A DNA stretch of 64,000 bases, taken from the NCBI GenBank assembly GCA_900319485.1, contig ONOQ01000003.1, positions 1,223 to 65,222 on the forward strand, read 5' to 3'. This DNA comes from an uncultured Bacteroidales bacterium (GTDB taxonomy: Bacteria; Bacteroidota; Bacteroidia; Bacteroidales; UBA932). Positions 44,501 through 52,967 of the stretch are shown piece by piece (position 1 is the stretch's first letter; each line of letters opens with the position of its first letter). The notes under the pieces are model-generated. The model searched no databases and was not told the origin of the DNA. It saw only the letters and a program-made list of their open reading frames with translations. Position numbers and translations under genes: made by a program.

Positions 44501-44796
44501 TTCTCAGTGCTCGTTCCCAGGTTGCTTCCGTCGAAATAGTGGCCGTATATCTTTTTCCCATCACTGCCGAATATGAGAAGATACATATTGAACACGTGGC
44601 TCTCATCTACCAGGGAAAGATGCGCTTTTGTGGAAACGGTGACACCTGTCCCCTGCGGCGCTCCAAAGGGAATTACAAGGTCTATCATCTCTCCTTCCCC
44701 TTGGTAAGAATAATGTTCATACTCGCGGACGCAGCCCTGGAAAAGGACGGCTGACGTTATGATGAGAAGGATTCTATGGAGAATATACCGTTTCAT
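41557..44796 (-). CDS. Giant type V pilus-associated lipoprotein with C-terminal DUF1566/FISUMP-like lectin-like domain; candidate tip adhesin
   Basis: The start is set at MKRYILHRILLIITSAVLFQGC (lipobox), 7 nt after the upstream stop. The track adds 22 aa. It has a VSTKAHL motif and a DNDGDGFIDPEE calcium-binding-like loop. The C-terminus reads ICPEGYRLPNAREV...TYWSFG...KKPRCVRDL. Confidence 0.65.
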   Translation of the reverse strand: MKRYILHRILLIITSAVLFQGCVREYEHYSYQGEGEMIDLVIPFGAPQGTGVTVSTKAHLSLVDESHVFNMYLLIFGSDGKKIYGHYFDGSNLGTSTENNWWTVNNLTSSDNPETTTTTGTLHIRTSKKGGCTVVAVANMNPDDLDVSPGILSTIKTYGELNSVVATQVRSEIAANSGYFLMTGQLTGVDILGNTSDPNDISQNTLHLKRLYAKVSFKVQVGTAGAAAGIRKFVPDKWYVVNVPTCSYLMERTSTPYVDAATDASQFFSTPELGFETEELAKDPENPSNFVFYHDGVTKASCYGFAFYMMENRKAPYGRSGDPLPSPFNYSHRELEIKDGTGLNQGWRYASEYSTYIVMTGKIVMGVTSGSNANATLDANVKYKIHLGNFASDNADFNILRNHNYTYKIYINGSDDIKTEVETGTENEPGATGRVVVAEEEVFDSDCHYSTQVISFHANLIDPSQISWYVETPFNPEGAGPNDGLELSDIDYKWVEFHVNSLGGDGKYSPNRVLYEPHDWEKYDELGIAPGTKGHTMYVNELVEYIKHQKSQYDLHLADPSLPKSDFDNDTDPKISVTAFVNEYYYEEHPIKGGYDPTLWKLVVNHPMRRMHILASSAKSPDGESNMIGASFTLQQRSIQSIYAVHEVATLQSAWGMEFTDDDNETGASYYWKNKNLEDCGNTSATNGRINSLKLWGILNPDGTEKPGSLPRWDDYLDLTGTNETPHLLSDYDYLRYSCLSRNRDNDGDGFIDPEEIRWYMASDVQLIGVFLGSYGIEGDARLYQRNASDQAESNKDKWRQHIIASNRYIYTPQEKADWNNSNKYPRIVWAEEGVNGSNMDYTGSDQTSKFSTRCVRNLGYYLDGGQRKDITLSEPTVETDPYVLLTRKHRNEDGTVTSPYTGAYDDRTFFEFDCSHINLTSLREPVDHELVGHDEHSKMACLSSKFGTAPVIDLKTVDTRIFNGTTYDLKTFSGINSYLNACFPDLDSEFRICPEGYRLPNAREVSLMWTVLSALTTGDSVYLGNSSDSDGTFSRTYWSFGALGSQKAPTYYGWGMSSRHLLMALGQKFKKPRCVRDL

Positions 44797-44803
44797 AAAT
44801 GAA

Positions 44804-46606
44804 TCATTTGAATGTGTGGGACGATTCGGAAGGAGTGGCCCAAGTGCTGTTATCCACATCAAAATTCAGTGTAGCTTCCTGGTCAGCGTAGAAGACATTG
44901 ATGACAAGTTTAATGTCCTCGTTGCGGGTCATATAGGTTAGGGGTACTTCCTTGTGGTTTTCTTTGAGGATTCGCCGCAGGGGAGCGCCGAAACGATATC
45001 CAAACAAAGCAAATTGAGCATCCTGCCGAGTTGCGTTGTTGGAAGGCAATTTCAGGTTTGATTCCTTCTGAGGGTTACTATCCCATCTTGCGTCAGCCTG
45101 AACATAAGAATTACTACCAATCTTGAATCGAACAAGTTTCCCTGCAAAATCTGCCGGGTTCTTATCCTTGACTACAGCACCATCTTCCACCGTTATTCCA
45201 GTAATAGAAGTTCCGCTACAGACTCCGTTTGCATTATTTGGTTGTAAAGCTAATCCCTCTATAGTGAACAGCCCTCCGGATTTTGATATACGATGGAAAT
45301 ACGTGTTTTTAACTCCAGTATAGGAAAAAGTGGCGTCTTGTTTTGCGGCAACGGCCGTGAGCCCGGACCAACCAGAATAGCCGTTCGCCTTAGAATAACT
45401 ATATCTGGAAGAATAATCGTATGAACTCTCTTCATCATAAATGGCTTTGGCCCGGTTAAAATAATCATTGTAATTCGTGTAGCCGGCACTTTCCCACGCC
45501 ATATAATTATTCTCGCTTATGTGTGTAAATATACGTCCGGAGCGTACATTAATTTGCGGATTCATTACCAAAACAAACATATCTTCCCCGTCGTCCATAG
45601 CCGAAAGGGTCGCATAAGTGACCAAATCGAACTTGGTTTGGAGCGACATCTGTTGCTCCTTGGAGCCTGTGGGGTCAAGAGTTAGTGTTGCAAAAACCTT
45701 ATACGAATCAGGGTATGCGTTCTCATAGAGGAGCGTCTCATACACCAGGTATTCTTCCTCATAGCCGGAAGCCCCGAATTCGGGGGCTGTTTCAAGAGAA
45801 GAAGACAGAATCGGGTATGCCGGCAGTGGTCCGTAAGTTACCCCTGAAGGAACCGATGGAACGCCGTTCTCATCGCTCCGGCCGATTAAATATGCCCTGT
45901 CTGCGTTGAATTCGCTGAACTGGAGGTCATCCAGACGGACCGGGTAGGGAGTGGTGTTGTTGATGTAAACGCGTAAACGGACCACGGGCCGTTTAAGATA
46001 GATGGTGTGGGTCTCCACGGACAGTCCCACAAGGACTTCGGTCTGTCCGGTAAGCAGCATGGCACTTTCTCCGGCATCAGCAGGTTTAACGGGATTATCG
46101 GCCTTAAGTTCCCGTTCAAGGAATGCGGAGAAATCTCCGGAAACCATTTCCTTTTCCTGACCAGAAGCGGAAATTTCCTCCCCGCTCTTCTGCCAGGCCT
46201 CGGCATCTATATTCGCATAGGCATAAGCGGTGTAGTTGCCCGGATTCAGATGTTCGAAGTGTATAACGTCATCAGTCAGGGAAGTCCCGGTCACTTCCTC
46301 CTGATTTGGATCATTGCCGGAGGCATCAGGATCATAAGGGTATTTCTTGTAAACATTTCCCACCACATTGTTGGAATGGTCCACCAGAATTACAAGGACG
46401 TTTTTGAAGCGGAGACCGTCCAGAAGGTCATCGGCATCGGTCTTGGTCTGAAGGGATATTGCGTCACGGCTTGAAAGCCTGAACACGGCACTGCATTCTC
46501 CTGCAATGCCATCAACAGGTTCCTGTTCCTTCCTGCAGGCAAAAGCAGCAGAGAGGAGTACTATCAAAGCCAGTATGAATCTTACCTTTCTCATTCTATC
46601 CTTCAA
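44804..46606 (-). CDS. Pilin-like accessory lipoprotein (600 aa)
   Basis: Lipobox SAAFAC with an LQTKTDAD motif and beta-rich composition. It overlaps the upstream gene by 11 nt. Confidence 0.55.
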   Translation of the reverse strand: MKDRMRKVRFILALIVLLSAAFACRKEQEPVDGIAGECSAVFRLSSRDAISLQTKTDADDLLDGLRFKNVLVILVDHSNNVVGNVYKKYPYDPDASGNDPNQEEVTGTSLTDDVIHFEHLNPGNYTAYAYANIDAEAWQKSGEEISASGQEKEMVSGDFSAFLERELKADNPVKPADAGESAMLLTGQTEVLVGLSVETHTIYLKRPVVRLRVYINNTTPYPVRLDDLQFSEFNADRAYLIGRSDENGVPSVPSGVTYGPLPAYPILSSSLETAPEFGASGYEEEYLVYETLLYENAYPDSYKVFATLTLDPTGSKEQQMSLQTKFDLVTYATLSAMDDGEDMFVLVMNPQINVRSGRIFTHISENNYMAWESAGYTNYNDYFNRAKAIYDEESSYDYSSRYSYSKANGYSGWSGLTAVAAKQDATFSYTGVKNTYFHRISKSGGLFTIEGLALQPNNANGVCSGTSITGITVEDGAVVKDKNPADFAGKLVRFKIGSNSYVQADARWDSNPQKESNLKLPSNNATRQDAQFALFGYRFGAPLRRILKENHKEVPLTYMTRNEDIKLVINVFYADQEATLNFDVDNSTWATPSESSHTFK

Positions 46607-47741
46607 ATATTACCGGATCCGTAGTAATGCTCACTTCGTCCCACGGCGTAGCCACCACCTCTATGTCGGCGCCGCTTTGGCTGACCGTGATAAAGTAGTT
46701 GTAAACGTGATTGGGCTGCCAGGTGTCGGCACCGGCGGGAAGTTCAAGGTCAGAGATATTGATAGTCGTCTCCACCGGCGTTTGCCCGTCGTAGGAGACT
46801 GAGAAAATCACCGAAGCACCGGCATCCAGCGTATGGGGAACCATATAGTACCAGCCCATCTGGGCATAGTTGTCAGGGTTATCGGAGTCTGTGGGGTAAG
46901 GAACGGTCTTTTCCGGATCAGAGGCATCGGCAGTCCAGTCAAAAAGGGTTCCAAGGACACCAATTGCACCCGCGTTCCATCTCAACGGATAATCTGGTCC
47001 TGCTGGATTAACACCATCGGAGGGCTCGAAGTTAAATTGAGCTGACAAGCGGCTATCGATTGTAAGCGTACCACGTGGAGACAGGTTCTCCAGACGGAAG
47101 GCCGTAAGTTTGTATTTGTCACCCTGGTCCGAAGCCGTTTTAAATAGGAAGCGTACGGCAGAGGTTACGTGCTTGAAGGCCAGTTCCACACGGTCTTTCC
47201 CGCCCGCAGGTTCTGCCCTGTAAGCCCTTGCAACCATTAGGTCGTGATTGGATCCCACACGGTATGAAATCTTCAGTTCATAAGCGCTGTTGATGGAGGC
47301 GTCGCCCGTTGTATAAGGGGAAACTGCCGTAAAGCAATAGTCTCCGGTGTTCTTCCAGTACTCCAGAGGGTCATAATCCCATACGCTGCTGTCCAGATTT
47401 TCGGGATTAAATGACAGAGGGTCGGAAGGGTCTGAAAGGATTACGCTGTTGCAACGGAGGCGCCTGTTGTTGAAGAGCGTCTCGAAAACAGAGTCGTTCC
47501 CGATGGTTGCCCTCCAAACGCCAAAGACACTGATAGCATTCCCAACATTGATGAGAGTCCGGGGATCATTGGGACGTGTATTGTCGGAAGGGTCGAAGGC
47601 CTTGGTCTCTACTCCGTTATAGGCCGATGCACCGAAGAGAATAGGCTCCCTGCCTCTGTCGACTACGGACGTGCTTTCTTTCGCGCACCCGGAAAGGAGC
47701 GTGAGGAAAATAACGGCCGATATGGACAGACGCAGTTTCAT
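46596..47741 (-). CDS. Fimbrillin (type V pilin)-like lipoprotein
   Basis: 381 aa with lipobox LLSGC and a VETKAFD motif. Confidence 0.65.
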   Translation of the reverse strand: MKLRLSISAVIFLTLLSGCAKESTSVVDRGREPILFGASAYNGVETKAFDPSDNTRPNDPRTLINVGNAISVFGVWRATIGNDSVFETLFNNRRLRCNSVILSDPSDPLSFNPENLDSSVWDYDPLEYWKNTGDYCFTAVSPYTTGDASINSAYELKISYRVGSNHDLMVARAYRAEPAGGKDRVELAFKHVTSAVRFLFKTASDQGDKYKLTAFRLENLSPRGTLTIDSRLSAQFNFEPSDGVNPAGPDYPLRWNAGAIGVLGTLFDWTADASDPEKTVPYPTDSDNPDNYAQMGWYYMVPHTLDAGASVIFSVSYDGQTPVETTINISDLELPAGADTWQPNHVYNYFITVSQSGADIEVVATPWDEVSITTDPVIFEG

Positions 47742-47742
47742 C

Positions 47743-48816
47743 TTAGCAATTTATGTTATGTACAGTGCCCCAGTTGGACCAGGTTACGGAGAACTCTATA
47801 GGATCGTCGGGGGTAATGCTTATGTTAACTCTATATTCTTTGCCTTTAAGCCATTCAGCCGATGCATCCTCAAAGACGGTGCTCAGAGGAATGTTGCTGA
47901 TCATCGTTCTGGTGTTTAGAAGGCCTTCAAAGTCAATAGTGTATTCTATGTGCAGCATGGCATATTCGTAGGAAAGGTCCTGAGGAATGGCCATGGAGAC
48001 TGCCTGTGGAGATCCGTCGGCGGGGTAACTTGTGGTAAGCGTCAGATACTCGGAAGAGGTTGCGGGGGTAAAGGTAGGGATGTTTCCACGAGTAGCCCAA
48101 CTGTACCATACGGTGGGGTTTGCGGTGCTTTTATGGATGGCAGTAAGGTAGATTCCGTCAAGGCGGATGCTCTTCAGTTTTACCGTGTATTTTTCCGGAA
48201 CGGCCGTGTCCACTTTTTTCACGTAGAAAGAAATTCTGGAGAGAGCGTGATTGAACGTCAGTTCTACTGGCGTATCCAGGGCCGGTTTAGTCTTGTCGGA
48301 CGCTACATTGGAAACCATAAAGTCCGTCTGGCCATCGGTTACCGTAAAGCGGATGTCGGGAAGATTCTTGGTGGTATTGTTATAGAGGGTGCTTGAATTA
48401 TTGGCTTTGTAGAGCACAACGCTTGCCGAATACGGGTAGTATGCCCAGAAGGATACCTTTTCGTTGGGGGTGTTGGGCCAGTACTTGAGAGGGGAGTATG
48501 TGTACGAAGTTCCGTCAAATGTGACGTCTTCATTGTACATAAAGTTGGGCACTGTTGACCCTCTGGCGTTGGTCCATTTGGTGGTCTTGGTATAGTAAGC
48601 AAAGACGCCAAAAGTGGAGTTTGCGGGGAGTGTACCCTTAGTTGCCGGAACGTCAAGTGAGGAACTGAAACTGATTGGCAAATCGCCGCCCACATTGGTC
48701 CAGCCGTCGTCCTCATCCTCAGTATCGGGGCCGATGGCTTTGCTGCATGCTCCCGCCAGCAGCGCGGTTAGCGCCGCTGCTACAGCAAGGATCCATATGT
48801 TACGTCTTACAGTCAT
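47743..48816 (-). CDS. Fimbrillin (type V pilin)-like lipoprotein
   Basis: 357 aa with lipobox LLAGAC and a PATKGTL motif. Confidence 0.65.
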   Translation of the reverse strand: MTVRRNIWILAVAAALTALLAGACSKAIGPDTEDEDDGWTNVGGDLPISFSSSLDVPATKGTLPANSTFGVFAYYTKTTKWTNARGSTVPNFMYNEDVTFDGTSYTYSPLKYWPNTPNEKVSFWAYYPYSASVVLYKANNSSTLYNNTTKNLPDIRFTVTDGQTDFMVSNVASDKTKPALDTPVELTFNHALSRISFYVKKVDTAVPEKYTVKLKSIRLDGIYLTAIHKSTANPTVWYSWATRGNIPTFTPATSSEYLTLTTSYPADGSPQAVSMAIPQDLSYEYAMLHIEYTIDFEGLLNTRTMISNIPLSTVFEDASAEWLKGKEYRVNISITPDDPIEFSVTWSNWGTVHNINC

Positions 48817-48864
48817 TTCTGGTACCCAGGCGGGCGGTCAGGCCCGCCTGAATAAAAAGAGTGA

Positions 48865-50163
48865 TTAACTGTTGATAGGAAGGAATACGGTTTTCTCTTC
48901 TCCATCTTCCCAGTTTGCAACCTCGGCCTCAAGTTTAACAGATGTAAGGCCAAGACCAATCTTGAGAATATTCTTGGTGCCCTGATTGAAAGCTGTAGTA
49001 GGGAATTCAACATCTTTGGTAATGTGATTCTTAATACGGCTTTCTCCAGCATCAAGATTTCCATCCTTAGTAATGACGTAGTAAGTGATTTCCACTGTCA
49101 GAGTTGTGGCGCTTCCAGTCTTTGGAAGGATGGTAATGGCGCCAGGAGCAGGAGTCTGAACAAATGCAGGGGTAAGTGAAGCTGCTACAACACCGTCGGG
49201 CTGATCGTCGAATGTTTTTGTATTATCATCCTTAATGGCAGCGTTGATATTGTCTCCGGAAATAGTGATTACCTTGTTGGCAGAACTAGCGCCAGTGAAG
49301 TCCCAGACTCCCGTACGAAGATTAAGTTTGCCGCTATTATACTGACCAGGGATAGTAATCTTTATTTCTTCAACAGTTACTTTAGTTTCAGCAGTGTTGA
49401 ATGTACCACCAAGCGTAGTCTGATCTACGGAAAGTTGGGTCTGAACATCAAGAAGGGCAAGTGCGTGCTTGAAAAGGAACTTAATCTTGGTGGGATTTGT
49501 AGCATCCGGTTTTGTAAGATTAAGGACAGGATCTCCGTCAGTAATGGCAACGGAATTACCTGCAACATCGGTATAAGTAATGTCTTTACCAACGGCATAA
49601 GTGAGGTCTACACTTGTGAGGGGATCAAAAGCGTTAGGCACTGTATAAGTTACCAAAGCATCTCCAGTATCGGTGTTTTTAGAGACTGCGGTAATGCCGA
49701 CATCATTGGCGGTCTCACCAGTGGCGGGGTTAGAGACACCTGTGCTAGGAGTGACCTGTGCATAAGGAGCATAGGCGAGGAAAGAGAGCATAGGCGCGTT
49801 GTCGTCAGAAGATGCAGGAGTATCACTGTCGCCATTGGTCATATTAGGCCAATACTTGACAGGAGTGTAAGTCCAGGATGCTCCGCTAACTTTCTGGTTG
49901 TACATAAAGTTGATTGCATCGCCCTGACCGGCAACATCGTAAGCGTTAGCGCCTGTGTAGTAAGCAAATACACCAAAGCCCTTGGTCTGTAGAGTGGTGG
50001 TGGTTAACTCACCTCCAATACCACCTTTGGTGATGGTCTTGGGAATGTAAACACCGAAGGAGACTGCATCTCCCTGGCCGGTGTTCCTTGTGTGGTCAAT
50101 CGTCTTGGCGCAGGAGGCGAAGACGGCGACTGCCGTAGCAGTCAGGAATAAAAACTTTTTCAT
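48865..50163 (-). CDS. Fimbrillin-like lipoprotein, candidate major stalk pilin
   Basis: 432 aa with lipobox VFASC and a TITKGGIG motif. It occupies the position after the anchor-like gene. Composition is Thr/Gly/Val-rich and beta-type. Confidence 0.6.
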   Translation of the reverse strand: MKKFLFLTATAVAVFASCAKTIDHTRNTGQGDAVSFGVYIPKTITKGGIGGELTTTTLQTKGFGVFAYYTGANAYDVAGQGDAINFMYNQKVSGASWTYTPVKYWPNMTNGDSDTPASSDDNAPMLSFLAYAPYAQVTPSTGVSNPATGETANDVGITAVSKNTDTGDALVTYTVPNAFDPLTSVDLTYAVGKDITYTDVAGNSVAITDGDPVLNLTKPDATNPTKIKFLFKHALALLDVQTQLSVDQTTLGGTFNTAETKVTVEEIKITIPGQYNSGKLNLRTGVWDFTGASSANKVITISGDNINAAIKDDNTKTFDDQPDGVVAASLTPAFVQTPAPGAITILPKTGSATTLTVEITYYVITKDGNLDAGESRIKNHITKDVEFPTTAFNQGTKNILKIGLGLTSVKLEAEVANWEDGEEKTVFLPINS

Positions 50164-50223
50164 AATAATGAAAATTTAAGAAGTTAATGATAAATTGTTT
50201 ATATGTTGTTGCTAATTAATTGT

Positions 50224-51351
50224 TTACATATCAACTTCAACCTCTTCTCCACTATCCCATTCATTCACCAGGGCATCCAGTCCCTGGGCATCTTCCGGCT
50301 TCTCAATATCAGGCGGATGGATCACCGGGGCGGCTTCGCTGCCCAAAATGAGCCTGTAAAGCGCCCTGTAGCCGTCAGGGGCTTCCTCCGCCGTAATCAG
50401 ATTACCAACCTTGAACACATAGTCCTGCACGGTTTTGTTGTCTATCAGCAGCGTGGAGACATTCAGCGTGGGATCACGGTCCGGGCCCGGCATTTCTCCA
50501 TTGGGGAATCCGAACGTGGTAACCTTGCCGTCAATGTGCCCGACGCGTGACACGTTGTCGTCCATAGTAAGTTTCCACTCGGTCACAAACTGCGTGCCCT
50601 CATCCGGACCGGTGATATCCTGCGTGAGGTAGAAACTCCTTGCCATACCCGTTGTGCTGCAGCGCACTGACTGAAGGACATCGGCATACTCGGAATAAAT
50701 TGTAACCCAGTACTGTGATACGATATTCCTGGGATAAATGGGGATACGTATGGTGTAGTACGTCACCCAGGTGTCCTCGTCAATTTGTTCAGAGTCGGTT
50801 ATTGTATCGGCCTTTGTGTCCGGCTTTATATCGGGCTTTGTCACCCACGATTTCCATCCTCCCTCTTCGCTGCTGTAGTAGCGGTACTGCTCCACCATCT
50901 CCGCCGTAATCTCGAACTCGTCCGATACGCCCACGGTCATCTGCTCCGGGTTGTTTATCAGGAACTCGTCATCGGCTCTTGTGTACCATTTGCTCTTGGT
51001 TTCCATCACGCTTACGGACGCTAGGTCGAAGTTCTCCATATCGTGGAAGTCCATATACGCAAATTCGTCGGGACTATGGGAAATCATAAAGATGCGGTAT
51101 TTCCCGGGCTCAAGGTGTACGGCGCAGGAATCCACCTGGGACGTTGTCTGGCTGTTGTAGTACTCCCCGTTACGGAAGAAATACAGCGTGACGCCGCTGG
51201 GCTTGATGCCGTCCGGATAGATCTCCGCCCTCCAGAGCACCTTCACAACCACCTTAACGGCCTGCTTCAGATGCAGCGGCGGCTCAATTCGGCACCCTGC
51301 CGCAAGCGCTGCGGCAAGCATAAGCATCAATATGAGCCCCTTCCTTCTCAT
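50224..51351 (-). CDS. Lipoprotein, possibly FimB/Mfa2-like anchor subunit (DUF5119-like)
   Basis: 375 aa with lipobox LAAGC and no TK(A/G/T) motif. The ..VTLYFFRNGEYY...LEPGKYRIFMIS.. pattern recalls Mfa2/FimB-type anchors. It is the second gene of the operon. Confidence 0.45.
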   Translation of the reverse strand: MRRKGLILMLMLAAALAAGCRIEPPLHLKQAVKVVVKVLWRAEIYPDGIKPSGVTLYFFRNGEYYNSQTTSQVDSCAVHLEPGKYRIFMISHSPDEFAYMDFHDMENFDLASVSVMETKSKWYTRADDEFLINNPEQMTVGVSDEFEITAEMVEQYRYYSSEEGGWKSWVTKPDIKPDTKADTITDSEQIDEDTWVTYYTIRIPIYPRNIVSQYWVTIYSEYADVLQSVRCSTTGMARSFYLTQDITGPDEGTQFVTEWKLTMDDNVSRVGHIDGKVTTFGFPNGEMPGPDRDPTLNVSTLLIDNKTVQDYVFKVGNLITAEEAPDGYRALYRLILGSEAAPVIHPPDIEKPEDAQGLDALVNEWDSGEEVEVDM

Positions 51352-52688
51352 CTGCGTCTGTTAAAGAGGTCAAGGCCGATAGAAATATACGCCCTGGTGG
51401 GCCCGAACCACTGGAAACCCTTCTGGCGAGGGGCAAACTGCGCGGGATCGCCCACGTAGTCGTAGTAATACCACCCGGTTGCGTCGTCTCCCCACACATA
51501 GGGGTCATTCCTGGAGTAGAAGTAGCCCACATCCAGGCCCATGTCTATGAAGAAGCGTCCGAAATTAATCTTGTAGCCGGCTCCGATGTTAGCGCCAAGA
51601 AGTTCTCCTTCCCAGCCGTGGGCGTCCCAGCCAAGGCCGTACTCCGCGGCGTTCAGCGCGCCCTGCAGATACAGGCCCTTGAAGCCGTTCTCCCCGCTCC
51701 TGAAGTACCTTCGGGTATGGAGCGATATATTGTGGATCTGGTTGAACCTGTGGGTGTCGTAGTGCAGCCAGTGGGACCAGTCTACATCGGCCCCGAAAGT
51801 CCAGTGACCGCGGGCGGGGTAGTACTCCAGGCTGAAACTTGGCACGGACGTAAATCCGTAATTGGGGATATACGTTGCGTCAAAAAGGAGGTTTGTACTG
51901 ATGCCGATGACAGGGGAGAACCTGCGTTTTGCGGTGTTGTCAGAGGCAGGGGACACCAGTTCCAGGCTGGGGACAAAGGCCTCTGAAGGTGCTACGGCCG
52001 TTGTATCAGGCTGCGCGGCGGGCTCCTCAGGGACGATTGCTGGCTCCTCTTTGACCTCCTCCACCGGCTCTTCCAGGCTGTACGGCACTGCGTCGTGATA
52101 ATAGATATTGATGTCCAGGCAGCGGAGATACACATAGTGGTTCAGGAGGAGCCAGTGGTACACATCTCCTTCCTGGCGGGTTTCGCCAAGATAGAAGTGC
52201 ATCATACGCCATTTCTTGGTGTCGCGGGGGACGGAATCGTCGTCCAGGAGGGCCAGGGTGCGCTGCTTTGCCGTGGCCGATATCACAGTGTCGGCCGCCA
52301 CGCGGGCCCTTAACTGCTCCCAGGCCTCGCCGCCGGGAAGGACGGAGATGGGGATATCGGCCCCCACAAGACCCATCTTTTCCTTGACGGCCCTGTCAAA
52401 CTCCATTGCGCGGCGGCGGCTCAGGTCCATATTGTGCCCGTAGGCGCCCTCCGGGGAGGCATAGGCTTTCACAATGACGGAATCCACGCGCTCCGTGCCG
52501 ATCTCCTTTATCAGGTTGTAGACCTTGTTGGCAGCCTGTGCATTGGATTGGTAATTGTCCTCATAGTTGCTCTTGTCCCAGCGGAAATACACCTGGCTCT
52601 CGTGCACGTTCCCGTGCACGCGCGATGAGGTTTCCGGCCTTTCGGGGCCGGAGAAAAGGATCATCGATATGATTCCCACAATGAGCAT
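51348..52688 (-). CDS. DUF3575-like outer-membrane beta-barrel protein with N-terminal OmpA-like segment
   Basis: 446 aa. An OmpA-like segment (YASPEGAYGHNMDLSRRRA) is followed by a Pro/Glu linker and then a beta-barrel-like C-terminal region ending ..IGLDLFNRRR. DUF3575 genes classically head Bacteroidales pilus operons. Confidence 0.6.
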   Translation of the reverse strand: MLIVGIISMILFSGPERPETSSRVHGNVHESQVYFRWDKSNYEDNYQSNAQAANKVYNLIKEIGTERVDSVIVKAYASPEGAYGHNMDLSRRRAMEFDRAVKEKMGLVGADIPISVLPGGEAWEQLRARVAADTVISATAKQRTLALLDDDSVPRDTKKWRMMHFYLGETRQEGDVYHWLLLNHYVYLRCLDINIYYHDAVPYSLEEPVEEVKEEPAIVPEEPAAQPDTTAVAPSEAFVPSLELVSPASDNTAKRRFSPVIGISTNLLFDATYIPNYGFTSVPSFSLEYYPARGHWTFGADVDWSHWLHYDTHRFNQIHNISLHTRRYFRSGENGFKGLYLQGALNAAEYGLGWDAHGWEGELLGANIGAGYKINFGRFFIDMGLDVGYFYSRNDPYVWGDDATGWYYYDYVGDPAQFAPRQKGFQWFGPTRAYISIGLDLFNRRR

Positions 52689-52726
52689 TTCAGACGTTTT
52701 GTATACTGCCGTCTATGTATAGATGC

Positions 52727-52734
52727 CAAAAATA
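52727..52734 (-). promoter_or_regulatory. -7 promoter box (TATTTTTG) for pilus operon 2
   Basis: The plus strand reads CAAAAATA, 39 nt upstream of the ATG at 52688. Confidence 0.45.
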
Positions 52735-52967
52735 TAAAAAAGTTTCAAAAAGACAAATTGAAACAAAAGACGCCTTTCTTTTTTCAATTTGAAAGTAAGT
52801 AGTAATGCAATTTAACAAATGCCGTAGTAAAACGCGCAAAATATACTAAAAAGTGAAAGAAGAATGGGTAAAATAGCGGATGGTTTCCGCGTTGCTTATT
52901 TGTCTATGTCAGTTGATTATTTGTCGAAAAGTTTTTCCGAAACGGCAATTTTTGCTAACTTCGTACT

